Shown here: one piece after another, positions 56,414 through 64,000 of the stretch
Layout of the letters: each line of letters opens with the position of its first letter
Position numbering within the stretch: position 1 is the first letter of the stretch
Virus record (IMG/VR): IMGVR_UViG_3300028048_000060
Coordinates: 32,001-96,000 of that record
Strand: one strand, 5' to 3'
Source of the DNA: a virus
Lineage: Duplodnaviria; Caudoviricetes
Length of the DNA: 64,000 bases
Position numbers and translations under genes: made by a program
Notes under the pieces: model-generated
What the model was told of the DNA's origin: nothing
Seen by the model: the letters and a program-made list of their open reading frames with translations, nothing else
Database searches by the model: none

Positions 56414-56964
56414 ATGAAAGAATTTAAGAAGGTCAAGTTAACCAAAGAACAATTAAAGGAATACAGAGAAAATCCTAATATCAGAAGACGTAAAATTCTC
56501 ACAGGAGGTTTTGAGAAGATTGTCTATGCCTCCGACCAGGACTTAGACTAGCCCTTTGGGGCTAGTATATTTTTTAAGGAAAATTAGACGGATTCCACAT
56601 TCGCGCATTGCTCTCAGGATTTATTAACAAATACTTACCTGAGTACAAGGAAAGAACTGGGATGCTTGAAACCCCTATCATAGGATTTTTAAAGGCGCAA
56701 AAGCTTCAGAGATGGAGTTATGACTTAGATGATGAGTCTAAGACTAAACCTGGAGAAGTTCCATTCTATTACAAGGGATTAGGTTCCTGGGAGAAAGAAG
56801 ACCTCAAGAAGGTTGTAAAGACAGATGGTTTAGAAAAGATGATTAAGATGCTTGATTTTAATTCTGAAGATGCATATAATTCATTAGAAGAGTGGTTGGG
56901 AGATGACTCTGAACCGCGAAAGAAACATATCTTAGAAAACGACTTTAACATCGCTGATGTATAA
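56414..56964 (+). CDS. Topoisomerase II small subunit (gp60-like), read via 41-nt translational bypass (56549-56589); predicted 169 aa
   Basis: ORF1 ends ASDQDLD-TAG; resuming after matched GAC gives GFHIRALL...YYKGLGSW...RK. Confidence 0.85.
56547..56589 (+). promoter_or_regulatory. Bypass signals: take-off hairpin, stop codon, SD-like AAGGA, landing GAC
   Basis: ACTAGCCC-TTTG-GGGCTAGT; TTAGAC repeated at 56543 and 56584. Confidence 0.85.
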
Positions 56965-56973
56965 GGAACACTA

Positions 56974-57480
56974 GTGAGAAAATTCACAGAACAAGAAAGG
57001 GAGAAGTTAAAATCCCTTATATCTAACTATATAGAGTTAAGAAATTTGTCTTTTGGAGAAAATCATAGTCAGGCTATTACACAGGGTCACCAAAAAGCAA
57101 AGGCTATCAAAGACCTTTTAAGTAAAAACAACATAGATCCATCCTGGATGGGAATGATAAAGAAAAACTCAAATGAAGATGAAATTATCTCCAAACTGTT
57201 CGAAGATCATCCAGAAGTCAAAAGTGATAAAAATAAAGAAATATGTCTTCTCTATATAAAGATAAAGAAAATGAGTAAAGACGTTGATGCGAGAAAAGAG
57301 AAGACTAAGAGTTCTATCTTAAAGAAAATAGCTAAAATCGACCCTATGCTATCAGCTTATGTTTTGTATAAAGTTAAGATTTTCCAAGCACGTAAAATAC
57401 TGGAAAAGAGTCTAATGAATGAAACATTAGACTCATTAGAACAGAGATACAAAGAGATTTTAAAGGATTTTGATTTATGA
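56974..57480 (+). CDS. Hypothetical basic helical protein
   Basis: ORF between gp60-like and gp52-like genes. Confidence 0.65.
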   Translation: MRKFTEQEREKLKSLISNYIELRNLSFGENHSQAITQGHQKAKAIKDLLSKNNIDPSWMGMIKKNSNEDEIISKLFEDHPEVKSDKNKEICLLYIKIKKMSKDVDARKEKTKSSILKKIAKIDPMLSAYVLYKVKIFQARKILEKSLMNETLDSLEQRYKEILKDFDL

Positions 57481-58820
57481 CAGATTCGGTTAAGATTGAA
57501 GAATTTTTAAATACAAGATTGTCTAATTATGCTAGCTATGATAATCTTAGAAAGATTGGAAGTTACATTGATGGACTTAAAAATGCTAGTAGAAAAGTTC
57601 TTTATACTATCCATGAGAAGAACATCAAAGACACAGAAAAGGTCTCGAGATTAGCTTCTAAGTGTTCTGAGTTCTCTGATTATCTCCATGGAGATGGGTT
57701 ATGGAGAGTTATAGTTACTCTAGGACAGGACTTTGCAGGGACCAATAACATTCCTTTGATTCAGAAGTTTGGTGCATTTGGATGTCGTTCAAACAACGAA
57801 CCTGGTGCCCCAAGATACATCCATGCTTCAGGTTCTAAGATGTTCTTTAGTCTGTTTAATTATAAAGATGATGATATTTTAGTAAAACAGACATTTGAAG
57901 GAACTACTATAGAACCAAGATTCTATGTTCCTACTATCCCTATTATCTTAGTTAATGGGAGTGAAGGAGTTTCTTCTGGATTTGCTCAGAAAATCTTAGC
58001 GAGAAATCCTAAGAATATCATTAAGTACATTCAGAACTTCCTTAATAAAAAGCCTACTAGAAAAGACTGGTTAAATCCATTTTATAATGGATATAATGGC
58101 GACATTATCAGAGACCCTAACTTCCCTGACGACCCAAAGAAATGGTTAGTAAATGGAAAGGTAGAAAAGGTTAAGTCTAATGTATACAGAATTAAAGAAA
58201 TTCCATTTACTTATGATTTAAACTCCTACCTGAAAGTCTTAGATTCCTTGGAAGAGTCAAAGACAATTTTGAGTTATTCAGATATGTCAGATGGAGACTG
58301 TAAGTTAGAGTTTGAAGTAAAGGTTCCAAAGGATTTTAAACACGAAGATGTTTTAAAGACGTTAAAGTTACAAAAGCCTATTACTGAGAACTATACTTGT
58401 ATAGATGAAAATAACAAAATCAGGATTTTCGAAGACTCAGAAGAAATAATCAAGTCTTTTATAGATATAAAGCTAAAATTTATTCAAAAGAGAAAAGAGT
58501 TTCTGGAAAAAACCCTTCAGGGTGAATTAGACATTTTGAACTCTAAGATTTTGTTTATTACTATGGTTATAGATAAGAAACTAAAGATAAACAATATCCC
58601 TAAAGAACAGGTTATTGAAGCATTAAGCAAAGTAAAGAAAATTGTAAAAGTCCAAGACAGTTATGATTATCTTTTAAAGATGCCTATCTATTCTCTGACA
58701 AAAGAGAAAGTTGAAGACTTAAAGAATCAGGCATTATCAAAGAGTTCAGAACTTGAGGAATTAAAGGAAATGTCTAAAGAGCAAATATGGTTAAAAGATT
58801 TAGAGGAGATAAAGTTGTAA
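57477..58820 (+). CDS. Topoisomerase II medium subunit, gp52-like
   Basis: DGLK...RK, YLHG, G.FG.R, APRYI catalytic Tyr, P.ILVNG.EG...GF. Confidence 0.95.
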   Translation: MTDSVKIEEFLNTRLSNYASYDNLRKIGSYIDGLKNASRKVLYTIHEKNIKDTEKVSRLASKCSEFSDYLHGDGLWRVIVTLGQDFAGTNNIPLIQKFGAFGCRSNNEPGAPRYIHASGSKMFFSLFNYKDDDILVKQTFEGTTIEPRFYVPTIPIILVNGSEGVSSGFAQKILARNPKNIIKYIQNFLNKKPTRKDWLNPFYNGYNGDIIRDPNFPDDPKKWLVNGKVEKVKSNVYRIKEIPFTYDLNSYLKVLDSLEESKTILSYSDMSDGDCKLEFEVKVPKDFKHEDVLKTLKLQKPITENYTCIDENNKIRIFEDSEEIIKSFIDIKLKFIQKRKEFLEKTLQGELDILNSKILFITMVIDKKLKINNIPKEQVIEALSKVKKIVKVQDSYDYLLKMPIYSLTKEKVEDLKNQALSKSSELEELKEMSKEQIWLKDLEEIKL

Positions 58821-58821
58821 G

Positions 58822-59022
58822 ATGTTAGGATTTAGTATCTATGTTCTAAGATGGATTGTGAGTGGGATTGTAATGATTCCTATTATGCAGTTCTTTGAAC
58901 CTTATTTGTCTCTTTGGGCTAACCTCTTAGTAACTCAGATTATAGGTTCGTTTATATTCTTCTTTATAGACAAAACAATATTTAAGCATATCAACGCTAT
59001 GACACCTTCATCTGATTCTTAG
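58822..59022 (+). CDS. Small two-transmembrane protein (GtrA-like pattern)
   Basis: Y.LRW..S and IG..IFF.ID..IF. Confidence 0.6.
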   Translation: MLGFSIYVLRWIVSGIVMIPIMQFFEPYLSLWANLLVTQIIGSFIFFFIDKTIFKHINAMTPSSDS

Positions 59023-59042
59023 TCAAAAGAGTCTTAGAAATA

Positions 59043-59068
59043 AAAAGGGAATTTTAAAATTCCCTTTT
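59043..59068. terminator. Bidirectional terminator
   Basis: aaaagggaatt...aattccctttt palindrome between convergent genes. Confidence 0.7.
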
Positions 59069-59078
59069 CTTATAATAG

Positions 59079-59681
59079 CTAATAATCTATAAAGTCTTTA
59101 GTCTTTATAACAGACTCAGATATTGTCGATTCAAATTCCATGTGTCTAACTAGACTAGGTCTGACTACAAGGAATGTATCCTTCTCGAATATTCTAGCCA
59201 TTATGTAGGCGTGTCTATTTTCCTTTGCATAAGCATAATATGCTTTAAACAACTGTTTGGAGTCTAAAATCTTTTGAAGTATCTTAGATGGAAGATAAAC
59301 ACACTGATTAAAGGCATAATTAGAACCCCTTTCCTCAAAAACCCTTAAATTATCCTCAGAATACAGTTCTGGTCCCTTAGTGTCAAAATTATAATGGAAA
59401 TTTATAATTCTATCAGGATTCTTTTCTATGACCTTTCTGATATTCTCTAAAAAATGCTCACTGAGTTCAATGTCGTCTTCCAACATTAAAATATCTTCAT
59501 TTTTATATAAAGAACATAAAGAAATTAAATTCTCAGACGTTTTGTTAGACCCAACAAAGGTACAGACTTCTAAGTCTATCCCTGAATCCTGAATGGCTTT
59601 GTTTAGCTTAGTTTTCAGGGACTTGACATTTTTCTGCCTTTCCTTAGGAGCATCCTTAAACGTAAAAATAACTATCTTCAT
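59079..59681 (-). CDS. Putative glycosyltransferase (GT-A fold, GT25-like)
   Basis: LMLEDD DxD-type motif; PSLV.H...S.I C-terminal motif. Confidence 0.6.
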   Translation of the reverse strand: MKIVIFTFKDAPKERQKNVKSLKTKLNKAIQDSGIDLEVCTFVGSNKTSENLISLCSLYKNEDILMLEDDIELSEHFLENIRKVIEKNPDRIINFHYNFDTKGPELYSEDNLRVFEERGSNYAFNQCVYLPSKILQKILDSKQLFKAYYAYAKENRHAYIMARIFEKDTFLVVRPSLVRHMEFESTISESVIKTKDFIDY

Positions 59682-59683
59682 CT

Positions 59684-61003
59684 TTATTCAGAGACTGTAA
59701 ATGTTACTGATTCGTTTAAAGAATACTTAGAAATTACCTGAAGTTCGAATGAACAGTTAGAACCAAAATCATTACTGTATCCAACCCAGTTATTAGAAAC
59801 ACTTTGAGGATACTGACTTGTACTAATATCCTGATTATCCAGGTAAGCAGTTATCTCAAAGTAGTTAGTGTTTGATCCGATAGAACAGTCGCTTCCGAAT
59901 GAAAGTTGAGGATATCCACCTGTTATCTGTGCACCAAATGACTCAATCTGTTCTTCGCTTTGGGACTGTCTTGCCTGATTTATAGCGCCTATAATTGTAG
60001 AATCAGAAATAGTTATGTTTCCAAAAGACTTTCCTAAGCCAAATTTAATTGTTCCACTAGGATAAGAACCTCCTCTAGTATATGGAACTGCTAGGTTAAC
60101 AGCTACCAGGAATGCTTTGTCAAACTCGTCATAACCCTTTGTAGAGGTTACATCAGTTACTACAATTCCTTCAGGAACAGGAGTGTCTTCATAGTGACCG
60201 TAATACTCGGAAGAAACCCTAATAATGTCCTTAACATCCTGAGCAGTGATTCCTAAAACAGAGTCAGCAGTACACTCATTGTAGTCATTTAATGAAGACT
60301 CTGCAACTGCTCCAACTTTGAAGTGAATTTCGAAGTAAACAGGAACTCTAGTAACAGTTCTTGTAGTAGGTGTTGAACCACCTGATGGAAGAGTCAACTG
60401 CTTAGTTGTTTGGTCACTAAAGGTCAGTTCCAGTTTGTTTGTGTCTACGATAGCACCATCTACAACTGAAGTTGGAACTGTAGGAATCGGAATAGACACA
60501 TTCTTAGTTGTGTTGTCGCTTAAAGTCAGTTCTAGGTTATTAGTATTAGATGAAAAAGAAGCATCAACAACAGAAACTGGAACTTCAGGCCAAGGTAAAC
60601 TAACTGTCTGTGACTGTCCATCTAAGTATGTTACTTCTAAGTCATCATTATTATCTAAAGACACTGAAGAAACAACTCTTGAACTCAAGTCGGTCTTAAA
60701 TCTGTCTAAGTTGCCTACATTAACATCTTTGGTTAAGTCAGGTTGAGTCTGAGAGTCTCCAAATAATCCATCTATGTCATCGTTAGTTGCGAACTGTGTT
60801 CCAATATCAACAGTTACATTCTGAGTACCATTAAAGGTAGCTACTGTTTGAGCATTTTTAGTTAAAGTTAAAGTCTTCCTGTCTAAGAGACCATTTAGGA
60901 GCACAAAGTTATCATTTAACTCTCCGCCCCAGTTATTGTCTCCATCAGGAACAACCCAAACTCCATTTGAGAGTTGAGTCTTTTCTGTGACTGTGTTTGC
61001 CAT
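59684..61003 (-). CDS. Late virion structural/fibre-associated protein
   Basis: WGGELNDNF..L N-terminus, L.LT.SD.T beta repeats; TATAAATA on minus strand at 61034-61041 and 61044-61051. Confidence 0.6.
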   Translation of the reverse strand: MANTVTEKTQLSNGVWVVPDGDNNWGGELNDNFVLLNGLLDRKTLTLTKNAQTVATFNGTQNVTVDIGTQFATNDDIDGLFGDSQTQPDLTKDVNVGNLDRFKTDLSSRVVSSVSLDNNDDLEVTYLDGQSQTVSLPWPEVPVSVVDASFSSNTNNLELTLSDNTTKNVSIPIPTVPTSVVDGAIVDTNKLELTFSDQTTKQLTLPSGGSTPTTRTVTRVPVYFEIHFKVGAVAESSLNDYNECTADSVLGITAQDVKDIIRVSSEYYGHYEDTPVPEGIVVTDVTSTKGYDEFDKAFLVAVNLAVPYTRGGSYPSGTIKFGLGKSFGNITISDSTIIGAINQARQSQSEEQIESFGAQITGGYPQLSFGSDCSIGSNTNYFEITAYLDNQDISTSQYPQSVSNNWVGYSNDFGSNCSFELQVISKYSLNESVTFTVSE

Positions 61004-61075
61004 ATTATTCTCCTTTTTGTTAAACTGAGACTCTATTTATAGCTATTTATAATTAGCCTTCAAAAAATTATGGTT

Positions 61076-61123
61076 TTTGAGTTTAACCCAAATATTTTAG
61101 TCTTTTGACATTCAATATAAATA
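61076..61123 (+). promoter_or_regulatory. Palindromic box plus late promoter TATAAATA between divergent late genes
   Basis: TTTGAGTTTAACCCAAA 61076-61092; TATAAATA 61116-61123. Confidence 0.65.
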
Positions 61124-61155
61124 CATTAAATCAAACTTTTCAAAGGGAATTTATT

Positions 61156-61992
61156 ATGGCTGTTAAATATCTCGATAATGCTGGAACACAGTATCTTGTA
61201 AACAAAATAAAAGCAATAGATGGTAAAATACCAACAGAATCTCAAATAACTACAATGATTACTAGTGCTTTGAATACTTACAAAGAAGGGATTGTAACTA
61301 TTGTAGAGTCTTTACCTCAGACTGGTGAAGAAGGTAAGTTATACCTGGTGATCGACCCTTCAGATTCAGATGTTTATATTATCTACACATGGGAAGATAA
61401 TGCTTTTAGGCGTATGGGCTCTAAGACATTTACACTTACTGTAGACAGTGCTCTGAGTGATACATCTACTAATCCTGTTCAGAATAAAGTAGTTAAGAGT
61501 GCCTTAGATGGAAAAGCAAACGCATCTCATACTCATGGAAGTATTACTAATGATGGAAAGTTAGGAACAGCATCTAGAGTAGTAATAACAGGGACTGATA
61601 AGAAGATTGGAATTTCTACAGTCACAACAACTGAATTAGGATACTTAAGTGGTGTTTCAAGTGCTATTCAAACTCAGTTGGATGGCAAATCAGCTACTGG
61701 ACATACTCATACCGCTGGAGATGTAGCAGGATTAGCAACTGTAGCAACAACAGGGTCTTATAACGACTTATCAGACAAACCTTCTATCAACAATGCTACT
61801 TTAACCATTCAAAAGAATGGGACAACTGTTAAGACATTCACAGCTAATGCTAGTTCAAATGTTACTTGTAATATAACAGTTCCAACTAAGACATCTGATA
61901 TTACAAATGATAGTAACTTTGTTCCATCATCTGATTTAATAGCATTAACGGATGCTGAAATTGATGCTATGTTTACAGGTTCAGGTTCTTAA
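61156..61992 (+). CDS. Fibre protein (head or tail fibre)
   Basis: KYLD..G N-terminus, LP.TG, S.NPVQNKVV, HTH, PTKTS.ITNDS motifs. Confidence 0.7.
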   Translation: MAVKYLDNAGTQYLVNKIKAIDGKIPTESQITTMITSALNTYKEGIVTIVESLPQTGEEGKLYLVIDPSDSDVYIIYTWEDNAFRRMGSKTFTLTVDSALSDTSTNPVQNKVVKSALDGKANASHTHGSITNDGKLGTASRVVITGTDKKIGISTVTTTELGYLSGVSSAIQTQLDGKSATGHTHTAGDVAGLATVATTGSYNDLSDKPSINNATLTIQKNGTTVKTFTANASSNVTCNITVPTKTSDITNDSNFVPSSDLIALTDAEIDAMFTGSGS

Positions 61993-62006
61993 TATCGGAG
62001 GTAAAA

Positions 62007-63638
62007 ATGGCCTTTAGATATTTAGATAAAGACGGTGCACTAAGTTTTTGGACGAATATAAAGAACTACATATTGTCTAAAATTCCTACAAAGACTAGTG
62101 AGTTGACTAATGATAGTGGATTCTTAACTCAGCATCCGTCTATTACACTTAGTTCAAATACTACATCTACAGCATCTCCTGCTCATGGCGGTACATTTAC
62201 TTGTATTGACTCTGTTACACAAGACACTAATGGTCATATAACAAAAGTTAATACCAAGACAGTTACATTACCAAGTGATAATAACACAGATACATTGATG
62301 ACTCAGAACGTAAGTACTACTAACAGTACATATCCAATATTGTTATGTCCTACCGCTAATGCAACATCTAATCAGGGTGCTAAAACTGGTATATTTGCTA
62401 AGAGTGTTAAAATCAACCCTAGCACCAATGTAGTTAGTGCTTCTGGATTCAGTGGTAATCTAACGGGTAATGTTACAGGTAATTGTAGTGGTTCATCTGG
62501 ATCTTGTACGGGTAATGCATCTAGTGCTACTGAATTCTCAGCAACAACCACAGTAGCATTAACTGGTGATGCAACAGGTACTTCTGCTGGTAGTAAGAAA
62601 GGTTGGTCAGTACCAGTTACATTAGCTAACTCTGGAGTAACAGCAGGAACATATGGTCCAAGTGCAGATGTTACTGGAAATAATAATGCAACAATTTTAG
62701 TTCCTGAGATAACAGTAGATGCTAAAGGTCGTGTTACTAGTGTTACTAACAGAACATACACTTCAGTGAATACTGACACAAACACTGATACTAAAGTAAC
62801 TCAAACTGTTACCAATGCAAACAGTAATTATCCGATAATTCTTTCCGCTACAGCAGACAAAACAGCAACCTCTACAGAGGCAGCGAGATTCACCACAGCA
62901 CTGTACGCAAATGCAAGATACGGATACTTGTACCAGAAGAATACCTATGCCAGTGCTTGTAAAATCGGAACTGCTCCAACTTCTGATCAGGTTGTTGCGA
63001 GAATTTATCAAAAAGATTATGATGGAAATGATGCTTTCGCTCTGACTACTCAGATAAACAAAACAACAGGTCATGTAAGGACTTCTTGGAGAGTTTACAA
63101 CAAGTTAACAAGCGGAGCGTTAGACCCTAGTGCAACTGCTACTTCAACATATGTTACTCTTACCATGGGAACAACAGGGAAGAGTATTTCTACTGATGCT
63201 TTATGGGATTCTAACCTTACTCCTCTGGCAAACAACTCTAAAACACTTGGAACGTCAAGTTTACAGTGGAAAGGGGCATATGCTGTAAACTTCTACGAAA
63301 ATGGAACTGCTCTGAGTGATAAGTATCTAACAGTTAGTGCGATATCAGGTGGTGCTAGTACCTCAGCAGGTAATATTACCCCTGTCAAAGGAACTATTAT
63401 TTCAGGATTTGCCGAATCAGACTCAGTAACTTACTCAACTAGTTTTGGAGGAGTCTTAACAAGTCCATCTCACCTGTACTATGCAACCTGTGTTTACAAT
63501 ACATCAAACTCAACAATGCAGTACTCCAAGGGACCGTCTGTTGGAGGAACAGGTACTTGGAAACTTATGGGTGGTGGTGTGTCACAACCAGGTATTAACT
63601 CAAAGCTACTGTTTGGTCTTTGGATTAAGATAGTGTAA
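62007..63638 (+). CDS. Tail fibre protein
   Basis: YLD..G, PTKTSELTNDSGF, GNLTGNVTGN, LANSGVTAGTY, VDAKGRVT; Thr/Ser-rich. Confidence 0.8.
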   Translation: MAFRYLDKDGALSFWTNIKNYILSKIPTKTSELTNDSGFLTQHPSITLSSNTTSTASPAHGGTFTCIDSVTQDTNGHITKVNTKTVTLPSDNNTDTLMTQNVSTTNSTYPILLCPTANATSNQGAKTGIFAKSVKINPSTNVVSASGFSGNLTGNVTGNCSGSSGSCTGNASSATEFSATTTVALTGDATGTSAGSKKGWSVPVTLANSGVTAGTYGPSADVTGNNNATILVPEITVDAKGRVTSVTNRTYTSVNTDTNTDTKVTQTVTNANSNYPIILSATADKTATSTEAARFTTALYANARYGYLYQKNTYASACKIGTAPTSDQVVARIYQKDYDGNDAFALTTQINKTTGHVRTSWRVYNKLTSGALDPSATATSTYVTLTMGTTGKSISTDALWDSNLTPLANNSKTLGTSSLQWKGAYAVNFYENGTALSDKYLTVSAISGGASTSAGNITPVKGTIISGFAESDSVTYSTSFGGVLTSPSHLYYATCVYNTSNSTMQYSKGPSVGGTGTWKLMGGGVSQPGINSKLLFGLWIKIV

Positions 63639-63655
63639 TAATAAGGATAATAAAA

Positions 63656-63946
63656 ATGACTTTAGAACAAACAATTCCTTTAATGATATCTAAAGATTTC
63701 AAAGAAAGAGGAATAGCTGAGTATTTTCAGATTAAGATAAGAACACAGCAAAACAGAGAATTTATAAGAAAATGGAAAGCGAATGAATTACCATTTAATC
63801 CTTGTAACCCGTTAGAACAATCAGAGATGCAGTTAAAAGCTATGGAGTTATATGAATATACTCTAAAGGAAAGACTAAAGACTGTCTTAGGTATAAAGAC
63901 AGATGAAGAATTTAAACAAGTTGAAGCATTATTCGCTAATGAGTAA
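63656..63946 (+). CDS. crAss001_48-like protein
   Basis: LM.S.D.KER..AEY.Q.KIR...QL.AM..Y...L.ER. Confidence 0.7.
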   Translation: MTLEQTIPLMISKDFKERGIAEYFQIKIRTQQNREFIRKWKANELPFNPCNPLEQSEMQLKAMELYEYTLKERLKTVLGIKTDEEFKQVEALFANE

Positions 63947-64000
63947 AGTAAGGAGATGAAATGGACGATATAGAAAACTTAGAACAAGATGGAATGCTTG

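Noticed and set aside
56549-56551. TAG reassignment (alternative genetic code)
   Set aside because: Read-through would not restore the frame (gap is 41 nt); TAG ends many genes normally and core genes are uninterrupted under code 11
56549-56589. Intron or simple frameshift pseudogene in the gp60-like gene
   Set aside because: 41 nt is too short for a self-splicing intron; matched codons, stop-containing hairpin and intact downstream motifs fit bypassing better
56608-56964. Independent 118-aa ORF starting at TTG
   Set aside because: Conserved GFHI residues lie upstream in frame and the DxD motif is in the preceding ORF
1-64000. tRNA/rRNA genes, integrase, reverse transcriptase or DGR
   Set aside because: No cloverleaf or T-loop signature in intergenic gaps, and no integrase or RT motifs recognised by eye; tRNAscan-SE would be decisive

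Overview
64 kb of an AT-rich, large T4-related myovirus genome; the gene order and the Hef-like endonuclease recall Campylobacter-type T4-like phages, and lpxC suggests a Gram-negative host. Left (0.1-13.9 kb): baseplate gp25/gp6, tail tube, gp2, prohead core, protease, scaffold, major capsid protein and a free-standing endonuclease. Middle (14-48.5 kb): an early accessory region driven by about 11 copies of a sigma70 promoter with a 17-bp palindromic box. It holds thyX, DNA ligase, RtcB, Rnl2, a five-gene deamidating NAD+ salvage operon (Nudix-PncA-NadR-like-PncB-NadE), a DUF285 repeat protein and many paralogous small ORFs. Right (48.5-64 kb): dCMP deaminase, lpxC, clamp loader subunit, DHH phosphoesterase, type II topoisomerase, a glycosyltransferase and fibre proteins. 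Main observations: (1) the topoisomerase large subunit appears to be built from three genes, needing both split-intein trans-splicing across an inserted Vsr-like endonuclease and a T4 gene 60-like ribosomal bypass of 41 nt (GAC-to-GAC hop over a UAG hairpin) that the ORF track misses; (2) an NAD+ rebuilding route that differs from NARP1/NARP2; (3) an orphan TnpB-type omega-RNA-like scaffold abutting the late promoter of the prohead protease. All calls come from reading motifs by eye; no searches were run.
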